This document shows positions 11,991 through 24,234 of a DNA stretch of 63,685 nucleotides, in pieces; the first letter of the stretch is position 1, and each line of letters begins with the position of its first letter. The DNA comes from Chiloscyllium plagiosum (taxonomy: Eukaryota), in NCBI RefSeq assembly GCF_004010195.1, contig NC_057758.1, forward strand, positions 6,131,352-6,195,036. Reading direction: 5' to 3'. Made by a program: the position numbers and the translations under genes. The notes under the pieces are model-generated. The model was not told the DNA's origin, searched no databases, and saw nothing but the letters and a program-made list of their open reading frames with translations.

Positions 11991-13179
11991 GTAAACAACT
12001 GTCTATTCAACTAGAGTTGCCAGCATTCCTAACTCTGAACTAGCTATATGAGTAGCTATAACAGATTGTGTTCCTGGAAGGGAGCATTTGCCCCGTTTTC
12101 CTACCACGACTTCTCCACACTTCACTTGACACTTTTTCCTCAATTTTTGTAATTGAACACTTCTTCTCTCACACTGAGTTCCAATGACTCTCATATACTC
12201 CGATAACTAGTCTTCAGAGGTACATATGTTCTCATTTTTGAACATCAAAGATTGTGAGGATCCCGTATACCTTCCTATTGTAACATCTTTACCTGCTGCT
12301 CCTATGCGAGTAAGTTTTAACTTGGCAGGTAAATAGTTTGTAAAGGTCTGACACTTCCTTCTAATCCAACCTCCGACTGTCTTGAACATTCTGGTGTTGG
12401 CGTCAAGCCTCCACTTTGCCTTACTTTATCACTTCGACAAACTCACTGGCTTAATATGTTTCCTACTTCTGGCTTTCCATGCTTTTTAGTACTCATCAAC
12501 ATTGTTATTAACGTGTCCTACTTCAGTGCAGTGAAAATACAGGAGCTTTCCAACTTCTCTTTCAGTTTGAAGCTATTCCTTCATTCTGATTGTGCTCACC
12601 GAGTTCCAAACTTTCCTTGCCACGCCAGATTTTCTCTTTTCCTAATGTCTGTCCCTCATGGACTGAAATTGATGTCAGAACCAAACTTTGACTTCTGAAC
12701 CAATTCATAATTATCGATCATTTCTGCTGTGAATCTTGCCGTTTTAACGCTGTGCCTTCCACATGAGTACTCCATACTCTCCTCCAACATAAAATTCCCT
12801 CTTAGTTTTTTTTCACTTATCAAACTTACTTTATTTCAATGTCGTTTGCCTCGTTAGCGTCATGAAACGCTGGCACAAGCTCAGATGCAGTTAAGATGGG
12901 TTTGTTCACCTCCTCATATGCACCAAATATGAGGAGGTGAACAAACCTCCTCATGAGTGAGTGAGGCAAATTTGAGTGAGGCAAATTTCTTACTCGCTGT
13001 TTTGTTTTGTTGAAGCCGTAGCGTCGAAACACATTTACTGAAAGTAACGCTAACACTTGATCTCTGAGAGCAAAATTGTGGATTTTATTTTGATTTCGAG
13101 GGTCCTAGATTCAAAGAGACCCCCGGCGAGGAGGCAGGCACTTTCAAGCAAACAGTTTCATGCAGACCAGAAAGTCTAT

Positions 13180-14730
13180 CCACGCTTGCACCATTCCCCA
13201 GCAAATAGCCCATATCCCCCTTAATATTCCTGTTCATGCATTTGCCCAAACGGCTTATAAACTTTGTGAACATACTCGCCTCAGCAACGTCGTCAGGTAG
13301 CTCATTCCATATCCGTACCAAATTCTAAGTAAAGAATTTCTCCCTCAGTTCCTCTTCCTTTCTTTCTCCTCTAACACTGAACTGATGACTTCCCACGCTC
13401 AATTCTGGAACCCTGCGAAAACAAATGTGTGCATTCAAACTATCCATTCTTCATGGTCTCTTAAACGTCCTTAAGATCCCCCCTCAGTCTCCTACACTCG
13501 AAAGAAAAATCCAACCCTGTCCATCCTGTCCATTTAGCTCAGACACCTGAGTTCTGGCAACAAACCATTTATTTCAGAGTTCTTTCCAGGTAAAAAATAT
13601 TCCTCCGATAGCAAGATGACCGAAATTCATTGCAATACTCCAAGTGCTGCCTCACCAACGTCCTGTACAACTGCAACATAATCTCCCAACCTCTATTCTG
13701 AATGCCCTGACTGACGAATGCCAGTGTAGCAAAAGCCTTCTTCAATGCCCTCTCTACCTGTGACTCTGCTTTCAGAGAATCTGAACAAAAATATTCTTTC
13801 TGTTCGCCTCCACTCCTAAAGTCCTACTACACACTATTCACTATAGGACAGCTACCTTGAATCGAATTTCCAAAATGCAAAACCTTCCACTCATCTATAC
13901 GAAACATCCTTTGACTTTTCTTGGCTTACTGCTCCAGCTGATCAAGGTCCTAGTGCAATTTTTGATAACCTGCCTTAAGTTCCACTGTGACACTTATTTC
14001 GTGAGATCTGTAAATTTTCTATTCACGCCTAATACTTTTTCCTTCCAATTTATATGAATAGCAAACAATAATGGGACCAACAACGAGGCGTACTCTGAGG
14101 CACTCCACTCGTCACAGGCCTCCAGTTTGAAAAGTATCCCTTCACTATTAACCTGAGTTTGCTAACATAAAGTCAATTGTGTATCCAATTTATCATCTCC
14201 GCCTCCATTCCATTCGAACTCGCATTCCAGATCAACCGAGCATGTGCAACATTATCAAAATCCCTACCGGTTACGTGTACCAACCTGCCCTCGTCCAGCT
14301 TCCTATTACTTCATTAAAAACCTTGATCAAATTTGTTGCCCTGATCTCTCACGCTTAAAGCCATGCTAACCATTTCTAATCAAACCGTATTTTACCAAAT
14401 GCATGTACGTCTTATCTCTCAGATTCTTCTCAAGTATTTTACTTACCACAGATGTTAGGCTTACAAGTCCATCATTCCCATTACCTTTTTTCATGTTGTA
14501 TCTCTTGAATACGATCACAATATGGCTATACTTACTTTCTTTGTTGGAACCTCACCAGTGCCTAACGATGAGGGGATTATGGCGGCCAGGGCCTCTATGA
14601 TTCCAGTTGTCGCCTCTAACTGTGTTCTTGGATATATATGGTCAAACTCTGTGCATTCTCAGACATCTAACATCCGCTCTACTGTGATATGAACTGTTCA
14701 AAATATCACAACTGACAAAATATCCCAAGT
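13180..14730 (-). mobile_element. Decayed CR1 LINE ORF2 (RT to 3' end)
   Basis: MVRIWNELPDDVAEA (C-terminal RVV.xWN.LP motif), LVRQHLEYC and VTSGVPQ. Confidence 0.85.
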
Positions 14731-15299
14731 TCCCAAGTCTTAATGACATTCTCCACGAAAAACACAAAGGTGAAGTTCGCATCGCGCACATGTCCTGCAT
14801 TTCTACACATATGTCCACTTTGGAACTTCAGTGCTCCTACTCTCTCCATATGTTCCTTCCCCTTTAATCTACATAAAGATCATACTTGAATGCAACCTAC
14901 TAATCGTCCCAGCTACGTGTGTCTCTTCTTCAGTCAACTACTGAATCCCTGTGTACCTCCAAGAAAACTCTTGATCCCAGCTGTCTGTGGCTACGCTATA
15001 CATTGCTCGTTTTTCTGATCAAAGCATCAAGATCTCTTCATATTCAGTTTGTATACTGCAGAATATATTGCGTTTCAAACTCAACGGTCCAATGAGCTTG
15101 AACTCGACATATCCAGCTAATTCACGTTTCCGGGCCTTCCACTTGCTGGAGGTTATTTTATCTGGAAACAAACTCTCTGATCAAGAGACTTCCTGTTTCC
15201 TCATAGAATGTGTTTTTTTAATGTTGACTAGTAAACGCTCCCGTTCAATTTAACCGTTCCCTAAACTTTGCCGCCGTTGTACAACCCCATTTTTCCACT

Positions 15300-16560
15300 T
15301 TCTCCCCTAACCTTTCATCCCGTTGGCAATCAAGAAATCGCCTATCCCTACATAAGTAATATACTCAGTACCGTGTCCCCACAGCCTTCCATGGCAATGG
15401 TTTCCACAGATTGCCCACTCTTCAGCTGAAGATGTTTCTCCTGATTTGCATTTAAATGATATTCCCTTTACAGTACGGCTGTGCCCTCGGGCCCTCCTCT
15501 CTCCAGCCAATGGAACCAACTTCCCAACGTCCACATTGTCAAGGCCGTGCAGAATTCTGTAAGTTTCAGACCGAGCCTCCCCTCATCCTTCTAAACTCCA
15601 TCGAACGTAGTCCCAGAGTCCTCAAATATTCATCACATGTAAAGCTTTCCATTCCTGGGATTACACTCCTGAACAACGTCTTGATCCACTCTCGGGCCAA
15701 TATGTCGTTTCTCAGAGATGCGCCCCCAGATTGCTAACCGCAGTCCTAACGTGGTTTTATTGAAGCCTTATAAAGCCTCAGAAGTACATTCCTGTTTTTA
15801 TAGTCTCGTCTCTCGAGATGAATGAAAATATTATATTTGCCTTCCTAACTCGACAAACTTGCAAATTTTAAATAACAGGACATTTTCTCATCCAATTTCT
15901 GAATTATCTGACCATTTCGAAAATACTCCACGCATGTATTCTACCTATCAAAGTGCAAGACCTAACACTTTCCCATGTTGCATTTCAAATGCCAATTCTT
16001 CTCCCACTCTATTAAGCTGTAACGTTTTCTTGCAGCCTCCCTGCCTCCTTAATACTAACTGCTCTTAGATCCACCTTTACATTAGCTGCAAACTTAGCCA
16101 GAATCCCCTCTGTTCATTCATCCAGATCATTAATGTGTAAAGAGACAACGTGTTGTCCCAATACTGACTCCTGTGGTACACTACTTGGTAGTGTCTTCCT
16201 TCCTGAGAACGGCCATTTTATTCACAGTTTCTACCGTCTGCCAAACTAACAATCTTCGATCGATGTTTGCACCTTGCCTGTAATACAGAGCAGCCTCCTG
16301 TGCAGCACCATAACAAAGGCCTTCTGGAAGTCCAGGTAGATGGCATCCAATTCCTCTCCTTGGTCTCACCATTTGTTACTTCCTCAAAGAATACTTATAG
16401 ATCTGTCAGTTATGACCACCCCTGAATGTGCATTTACCTATGTTACCATGCACTTCCACGTATCCAAAAATTTGAATTTTCATAATAAACCCCAAAAGCA
16501 TAACAACGACTGAGTCAGGCTAAACGGACTAAAAAATCCCAATTCTTTTGCTTACTCCCT
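15300..16560 (-). mobile_element. Decayed CR1 LINE ORF2 fragment
   Basis: KLVPLAGERRARGHS, YLDFQKAF and WLSL.L (KFAA) RT remnants. Confidence 0.8.
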
Positions 16561-16598
16561 TCTGAAACAAGGAGATTTTCAAATCGTCTGAGACCCTT

Positions 16599-16895
16599 GG
16601 GGCAGCACGTGGCTCAGTGTTTAGCACTAATGCCTAGGTTCGATTCCAGCCTCATTCTACTGTGTGGAGTTCGCACCTTTTCCCCGGGTCTGCGTGGGTT
16701 TCCTCCAGGAACTCCGGTTCCCACCTCTAGTCCAAAGATGCGCAGGTCAGGTGAACAGGCCATGGTAAATTGCACATAGTGTAAGGTGCATTAGTCAGAG
16801 GGAAATGGGTCTGGCTGAGTTCCTCATCAGAGGGTCGGTAGGGACTGGTTGAGCCGAAGGGCCTGCTTTCACACGACAGGGAATCTCATCTAATC
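16599..16895 (+). mobile_element. tRNA-derived SINE (HE1/V-SINE-like)
   Basis: A-box tggctcagtgt, B-box ggttcgattcc, V-domain-like tgtgtggagtt.gcac.tt.tcccc..gtctgcgtgggtttcctcc, and (aatct)n-like tail. Confidence 0.85.
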
Positions 16896-16919
16896 CCCCT
16901 GACTCCAGTGATACCAAAT

Positions 16920-18660
16920 GATTGGAATTAAAGCTTCTGCTGTCTCTCAACATATCTCATTCTGAGCTGCGTGCCGAGTGGATCCGGCTCTTCGTGATCC
17001 ACCTATTTTTAGACCTTTCAATTTTGCTAGCAGCTTCTTCAACGGTGCTGGTCACCATTCCCATCTTCTCTCCCAACCCGCCTTAACCGACCCTCTTGGA
17101 TTTCTGTGATATAACATATCTCTTCCACTGTGCAAAATGATTAATTGTGCTTATTCATTTCCTTAGTTTTTTCCCCATTAATCCTCCATCATCTTCCTGT
17201 GATCCGCTAACAATCTTTGCCTCACTCCTGCCCATTATATATCCAAAGAGACACCTGCAATCTTTCCTAATATTACTCTCAAGCTCACACTCATATTTAA
17301 TGTCTCCACCTTTATTTCTTTCTTCACTGTCCTGTGTTGGTCTTTTTCCACTGTCCAATTCCAAGTCTTGCCAATAGCAGTCGCCAAATCATTTGCTTTG
17401 TCTGTTGCTTGTGAGCTGTCCCTGACTTCCCTCGTCAAATATTTGCATCATCCTCCTTTAGTCTACTTGTTTGTCTCGGATGGAGTTTTGCTGTTTCTCT
17501 CTCAATTCTACGGGAAGCTCCTGTCATTGCTGTTCCAAAGTCACTCCTTGTGGTTTCATCTTCCAGTCAATTATTGCCAGCTCCACTATCGTGCAGCTGT
17601 ACTTGCCTTCTTTCGACTGTTATACTGTTAGCTCAGAATCCATGTTCTCCCTAAAGGTTGCATTGTACGTTCCAGCATGTCATGGTCACTGATCTAGGAA
17701 TTTCTTTAACTTTAGCACCCTTATCAAATCTCTGTCATTGCAAAACAGTAAATAATAAACTGCCTCTTCTGCCTGGGATCCAACAAAAAATGCTGAAAGA
17801 AAACGTCTCATAGACGTTCTACAACTAAGTTTTGATGCGATCCACGACCAATCTGATTTTGCAACTCTATCTGAACATTGAATTCAATCATTATTACTGT
17901 AATCTTGCCTGACTTGTCCCACCCTTCTGTCTCTTGGTTAATCGTATGCCCAAAATCCTGACTATGATTTGGAGCTCTGTAGATTACTACCAGACTAGTT
18001 TTGTTTAACTTTTCCGTATCCTCCACACACAGATTCTACATCACCTGACCTTACTTCATATACTGTTATAGATTTACCTTCATTTTTACAAAGAACACAA
18101 CCCCACCTACTCTGCCCACCTGTCTGATTTTTTTGTGGAACGTTACCCACAGATAATTTGTCACTTGTCCCGACTCCCTTTCAGCCACGTCTCTGTAACC
18201 GCCCATGCCTGCCTGTTTTCTTTCACGCCTCAAACTCATTTACCTTATTTCGTATATGGCGTGATTTCGGAAATCACACCTTTAGTTCTGCATTGATCGT
18301 ACCTGTTCTGATTGTTATTCGTTAATCAAATTTGTTTAAAGTATAGTTTCTAACCCATTCCAAACACTCTGCACTATTTTGTGTGCTGTAAAATTTAATC
18401 AACCCTCCTGAGTTGTTCCGTATTTTCTCTTTTTTTCATACATGTCAATGTAGTTGAATCCAAAACCATAGATCTAAACTGCAGATTCGCTTCCATTTGT
18501 GCATTACACGTTTTGGAGTTTTTCCCTGCCCTTCTGCTCATTTATTAGGTTAAAGTCCTGTTGATCACCCGAGTTACCTTTTCTGCTGGAACACTGGCAC
18601 CAACGCGATTTAGGTATCGGTACAGATCCCTTCTGCTCCAATACTAATGCCAGTGCCCCA
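16920..18660 (-). mobile_element. Decayed CR1 LINE (ORF1 end, endonuclease and linker)
   Basis: KTSLVVIYRAPNHSQDFGHTINQE and I.VTETWLK endonuclease motifs, plus KYECELESNIRKDCR.LFGYI. Confidence 0.75.
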
Positions 18661-18675
18661 TTTTGCAAGTCGTAA

Positions 18676-18875
18676 GAACTTGACATACTATGATGGGTTA
18701 CTTGACCAATCTGAAAAGATAACCTGGCTCTCAGACTTGCAGCTACAGTGGAAAAATATTGCTTGAAAAAGAGACTTAGGTTGTGTGATTTCGTTTAATG
18801 AATTATAGAAAGTGTATCTTATCCAGTTTTACCAAGACAGCTGAAAGGTTGAAACAAAATCACTGAGAAAAATAA
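18676..18875 (+). mobile_element. Putative 5' LTR remnant of an endogenous retrovirus
   Basis: Colinear similarity to 22903-23080 (ttgacatact..tgat.gg.tacttg.ccaa..aacc.ggctctcaga.ttgcagct..ttgtgt..gaattataga.agtg.atctta..tgagaaaaat). Confidence 0.55.
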
Positions 18876-18959
18876 CTTGCATCATAAGGTGGAAATATTA
18901 CGGTAACAGGTATTGGTCCTCATCGTTCCACTGGGTCACTGGTGTTATGGTCCTCCGTG

Positions 18960-19980
18960 AAACACGAGATTGTGGGTGCGTCATTGCCTTTTGTTATGAT
19001 CTTTTCATATAGTCCAAGGACCGTTGGCTCTATGAAGAATCGTTTGACTTAAATAAAATTAGGAATGGCAAGAAATTACTTAGGAAGTTGTTGTCGATCC
19101 AACTGGGACAAATGTCATAAGATGCATAGTTTCATTAAATGGTTACACATTGCTGAACGTCATGAATTTAAAAATTCCCTCGCAAATGTAAAACAAGCAA
19201 AGATTCCAATGAATTCAGAAACCACCTTCATTTGCCTCGATGGGGCTGTATCCTCAGAATGAATATGGCAGGACACAATTCAGGAGAATATCCCCCTGAC
19301 TACGGCCGAACAACAACAGTCCCCCCCTCCCCCCAGCAGTACCATCCCAACTCTAATCAAACTTCGCAGTGCCGGGAATTCGTGCAGATTACTGGCATGC
19401 CAATATCCTCACCTGATTCTACCCACCACATTATGAGGCAGACTAGCCTCCAGGTTTAAATGCGTCCCCTGGATATAGCATCTGGGTCACTCACCGCCAC
19501 CACTGATGCTAATGAAACTTTTAATTTCACTTATCTTGCCACATGTGTGCCCGGGTCCTGGTCGATGATAGAGCTGACCTGAAGCCTTGATCACCTCTGA
19601 GGTTCAAAGCATGAATAATGATGCTCCTGACCCATTGAGGAAGCCTGCGCCTTAAATAACTGGATTGTCCATACCTGCCAAATTTAGGGACATCCTTACA
19701 CGGGTATATTCTTCTTCTGCTCAAAGTTACATATTGCAATGCAATGGTGGCTTCTAAGGATTCTTGTCTCAGTCCCGGACACGGAAAATATGTATGGTTA
19801 TAGGAACCCAAAAAGGAAGAGTGGGGTCAGGGAAACATCGCCAGAAAGGGTGGCCCCGCAATCAAGCTGTGCAGGCCACATAAAATGGGGTTAGGCAGCA
19901 TCGTGTTTTTGGGGCGATCACTCGATGCCTTCATAAGAAAGGAGAATGCCTTACTGATTCTGTCCCCTATATTAAGGACC
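18960..19980 (+). pseudogene. gag: ERV gag remnant (matrix-like, PPxY late domain, capsid N-terminus-like)
   Basis: WLYEESFDLNKIR at 19025-19063 (class I ERV MA WPxxGxFDxxxI-like). PPDY at 19292-19303 followed by a Pro-rich tract. SWSMIELT...APDP at ~19556-19635 (RPWT..EL...LPDP-like). Frameshifts and stops are present. Confidence 0.5.
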
Positions 19981-19989
19981 CATTCAACT

Positions 19990-21600
19990 TAACAACATAG
20001 AACATAGAACAGTATAGCACAAAACAGACACTTCACCTTTGCTGTAGTGCTGGCATTCAGTTCTACTCAAAAAACCAGATGAACCTACTTACCCTTTATT
20101 ATACTAAATTCCATGTGCCTATCCAAGAGTACCTTAAATGTATCTAGCCTATCTAATTCTACAACCACTGCTGGCAATGCATTCCCAAGTCTCTGGCTTT
20201 CCACTCTGTCTAAGCCTCTCCTCATCTTTTACACCTCTATCAATTCACCTTTCATCCTTCTTCGCTCCAATGAGAAAAGGCGAATCTCACTCAATCTTTA
20301 TTGGTAAGACATGCCCTCCAGTCCAGGCAGTATCCTGGTAAATCTTGCTTGCAACCTCTCTACAACTTCGACAACTTTTCTATTATGAGGCGAACAGAAC
20401 TGGACACAATATTCCAGTTGTGGTCTAACTCGGACTCGAAAGATTTTCAGCATAACCTCGTGGATCTTGAAGCCAATTCCCCCTGTTAATGAAAGCCAAA
20501 ACAGCATACGTCATAGTAACAAGCCAATCAACTTGCGTGGCAACTCTGACAGATCTGTGGACAGGGAACACAAGATTCCTCCGCTCCTCCATGTTGCAAG
20601 GAATCCTGCCTGAAAACCTATAATTTTTACATTCACTTTCAACCTTCCAAAGTGAATGACTTTACATTCTTCCAGGTTGAACACCATCTGCCACTTGTCC
20701 GCCCCATTCTGCATCTTGCCAATGTCTCATTGTGATCCACAGCAGCCCTTCACTATGTCTACTACTCCGCCAAACTGTGTGACATCAGCAAGCGTAGTCG
20801 CCAATCCTTTCACTTCCTCATTCGAATCATTTATAACAATCACAAAGAACAAAGGCCCCAGAACCAGTCTCTGCAGAACATTGGTCACTTCGTTCGAGGC
20901 TGAACACTTTCCATCTACCACCACCATCTGTCTTCGGTTGACTAGCCAATTCTCGACCCAGCCAATTACGTTGCGCTGCATCCATGCCTCGTTACTTACT
21001 AAATGAGCAAAAGTCCCGGAACTTCATTATTACCACCAACACTACTCTAATTTCATCAACATATTTTGTCACATCCTCAAACTTTTCAAGAAGGATTGTG
21101 AGGCATGACCTGCTCCTGCTCATGATGCCTATCTCTAACCAATCTGAGGTTCTCTGAGTTATCATAAATCTGTCTCTCGGAAGTGTCTCCAATAATTTGA
21201 ACACTACAGACATAACATTTACTGGTCTATAATTATCAGCATTATCATTTTACCCTTTGTTGAACATGGGAATGGTGTTTGCAACCGACCACCATTTGGC
21301 ACTACGCCATTGGACAGCGAGGATTCGAAGATTTGTGCCAAAGGCCCAATCTCTTCCCTCAATTCCCTTAGAAACCTCGGGTATATCCCGTCCGGTGGAT
21401 GGGATTTGTCTATCCTCGATATTTTCAAACTTTGCTGCACATCATTCTTCCTAAAATCAATCTTTTATTTCATGCACGACTATTTCAAGCTCTCATCACA
21501 AAAGTGAATGTCCCACTAAGTAATGAATAGTGAAGCAAATTATTCACTAATGTCTAACACTGCATCTTCTGACTCCACGTGGAAGCTCCCATCCTGTCGG
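19990..21600 (-). mobile_element. CR1 LINE 3' fragment inserted in the ERV
   Basis: VRPQLEYCVQFCSPHNRK, WVENWLVNRRQMVVVDG...VLGPLFFVIVIND and DKSHPPDGIYPRFLRE. 3' tail (aacatag)n at ~19994-20009. Confidence 0.9.
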
Positions 21601-22087
21601 AATCATTCGTGGGAGTACTCCTGGGAACAAAAAAAATTGTATTTCGCGCCAGCTCGCTCCGGTTTCCAAAATTATCAATCTCATCTGGAATAGGCAGAAT
21701 TGCAGGGCTGTTTTTAAACCTCTCATTTATGTGGACTGACATGGTTGATTTAACCAGGTGTCTTAGGGTCTGAATGCCAGTTTCTCCAACATAACCAATC
21801 TTGTCAGGAAGGCACCAAAAGTATTGCCCACACCAATTGGATGGGTTGGCAGTGGATGGTTTAGTCAAAGGATAATAAAGGTTTCATTCGCTGTGATCAG
21901 AAGGATCTTTGGGCAAGAGATTGTTGAGTGCAGTTGGCTGCTCCCCCCTGAAAAGTACAGGTGTGTGGCCTTGCATTATGAATCAGCTGTGTAATGTTGG
22001 AGCAATGGGATATGTCTAAACACGAATCATAGTTTTATGTAGGATACCTTTACACCGAAGCTCAAGATTTCCTTCACCTGTTTGCTC

Positions 22088-22312
22088 ACCCGAGTGGGCA
22101 AGTCTTCTCCTCCTGGAGCCAATATACCAACCATTGCAACGAACAGCTGGATCTGACAATCGGAAGTGGCAGAGACAAACCATTATAAATGCCGGAGGAA
22201 ACATCACAAAAGCGCTTCATAGGAGGCTCCCAAGCACTGAGGATGTCACCTAGACAGGGACGAAACGTCTGCAATACAAATTCCCAGCTTGGCGAACAGA
22301 ACCACAACATCT
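22088..22312 (+). mobile_element. Penelope 3'/pseudo-LTR fragment inserted in ERV env
   Basis: ...EPIYQPLQRTAG (Penelope C-terminal-like) followed by a hammerhead motif. Paralogue at ~38523-38730. Confidence 0.65.
22234..22272 (+). ncRNA. Minimal type I hammerhead ribozyme motif
   Basis: gca-CTGAGGA-tgtcacctagacagggac-GAAA-cGTC-tgc, with intact CUGANGA/GAAA/GUC core and stem I gca/tgc. Confidence 0.7.
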
Positions 22313-22710
22313 TCCACTCCTATTTGAACCTGTTAGCATTCCCAAGAATTGGGCAAATTAGAAATAGTGTTGGAAATTGTCGACAATGATAGCATTGAGG
22401 GCCTGACCGAGAGCAATACTGAGCACGTCGAATATAGAACAGTCCTCCCTGTAAACCGCTTGGCCTTTGGTTTTCTAATATCGCAGGGGGGTGACATTTG
22501 TGCTGTTATTGTTGCCGAATGCTGTACCCCCTACCAAATAATTCCGAAAATCTATCCGATTTCGTGAATCACTGAAATTACGAAATTACGCTCTTGTTTT
22601 AATTCAGGAGGGCTTTTGCACTCGCCTGGCTGGATAAAAGGGGAACTTCCACGCACTGGGATCGTCACCTTTGCTATCATATTCTTGTTGTGCGCAGTTT
22701 GCTCCTCCCA
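22313..22710 (+). pseudogene. env: ERV env transmembrane subunit remnant (heptad repeat, ISD-like segment, CX6CC, membrane anchor)
   Basis: ORF 22349..22567 LEIVDNDSIEGLTESNTEHVEYRTVLPVNRLAFGFLISQGGDICAVIVAECCT matches the gamma-type TM consensus LQNRxALDxLLAxQGGxCAxIxxECCTYIPDNS. Hydrophobic GIVTFAIIFLLCAVC lies at ~22658-22702. Confidence 0.85.
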
Positions 22711-22885
22711 CATTTTTTAGTCCAAATCCAGTGATCATCTACTGGACTCTACCCCATCACGATTCCTCCGATGAGAAAATATATATAAGTATGCTCCCTT
22801 TTCCAGAAGGAAATGCGCTCCCTTTATTGGATGAATCGGTATTGTAAACTTAGATTTTAATCTGGAAGATCAACAAGGAAGGGAT

Positions 22886-23266
22886 TGTGGAAGCAGGAAA
22901 AAAATTGACATACTGCTGCATGATCGGATACTTGGCCAAGATGGTAGGTAACCCGGCTCTCAGAATTGCAGCTGTCATCGAAACGTAATTCTGGAGATAA
23001 AGACTGACATTGTGTCATATTATTTCACGAATTATAGAGAGTGCATCTTACACTCCTAATCTCTCTGTCCTTGAGAAAAATCAAATTTAAAGAGAGAAAT
23101 GGCACTGTGCTTATGGTTATGTTGAATTATTGCATTCTACATTACTTGATTGCGGAATGTAATCTAAGTAAAACAAGCAACGTTTTATGCATCATTGTAT
23201 AAACATAGGCTGAGTGTTCAACTCGAGAAATTGTAGTAAGACAGTGAAGCCTGTGGCAGCCTTTCA
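22886..23266 (+). mobile_element. Putative ERV 3' LTR preceded by a PPT
   Basis: PPT aaggaaggga(t) at 22875-22885, then TGTGG. Similar to 18676-18875. The 3' end at ...tttca is tentative. Confidence 0.55.
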
Positions 23267-24234
23267 CGGGAAAAAAAGAGGTTTCTTGAAACAAGTCTCA
23301 AAATTTCAGACGATCTAATTTCCTCGACTCCCATAATAAGGAACCTCTCGTTCCTGCCTCACTTCTTGACAGCACACCCAAACCAAACCATAATTCATTA
23401 ACCAGTCCATAATATTCAGCCATTTTAACTGCTGATGCTGCCGTTGTCACTCTGCTCTTCCCCGTGAGTTCTCACTGCCTCTAGAAGTAAATATTTCAAT
23501 GGCTCCGAAACCGTCGGCTCCCTTAAGAGTTACATATATGAATTTTTTTAATGTCTGTCCTCATCTGTCAGCATTGTTTTGTTTGTTCCTTTCACATTCT
23601 ATGTATGTTTAACCTGGTCCCTCCTTGGATTCAGATATGGTCTCTTCTATTTCTGTCACCAGCTCATGTGCATTTAAGAGAGCTTCCTTCACTTCAACAG
23701 ACTCTCAAGATACTCCTGTAATAACACCTTATGAGTTCTACCTACCAGTTCTGATTGGATCGACGAACCCCATAGTCACTGGCCACTGTGCTGTTTTAGT
23801 CATTTTCTCAAATTGAATGAACAAGACTTCTGTTTCCTTTCTATCAAATTCAGACAATGCTTGGATATATATATATTAGACCGATTCCAACCAGGCCTTT
23901 CACTACGATGGGTTTGTTCATCCACACTCTCTTCCTCACGATGTGTACCCTACAATCTTTTAAGCCAATTCCTTAATTTCAAGGTCTCTCTATTTCTACC
24001 TTTCATCTCTCTGTTTTTCATCCTTCACAAGTTTTACCTCTTTCTTCAGCTCAGTCTTTCATCTCATTGTCTTTATGGTCGGCTTTTAACCGTAACTGAA
24101 ATTGTACCATTTCAATTTCGTCTTTATGTTGCCTCGTCTGCAATTGAATTCTTGCCGTTTCCAAAGATTTAGTTGACGTTACCAGCAAATTTAACAAACA
24201 AGTTATTTTTATTATCACTTAACTTTTTTCTCAT

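Larger units (their letters stand above)
7690..13125 (-). mobile_element. Decayed Gmr1-like Gypsy LTR retrotransposon (gag-PR-INT-RT-RH order), copy B
   Basis: Protease-like GKDVTIGRYTGSSQSLM (12207..12389). Integrase zinc finger and core, read in copy C as KHFYW.G....V.EF..SCHTC.VIGKP and PAFEGPLTRILIDFVG..MDVSTRF. RT ...GYWQV, FVM.NAQPHF, GFYSEFAPRFSNVVAAFTEL lies downstream of INT. Confidence 0.85.

Noticed and set aside
21554..21868. YVGETG in a minus-strand ORF resembling a GIY-YIG nuclease
   Set aside because: The other GIY-YIG residues are missing, it is on the opposite strand to the adjacent Penelope piece, and it lies where env SU is expected on the plus strand. Probably chance.
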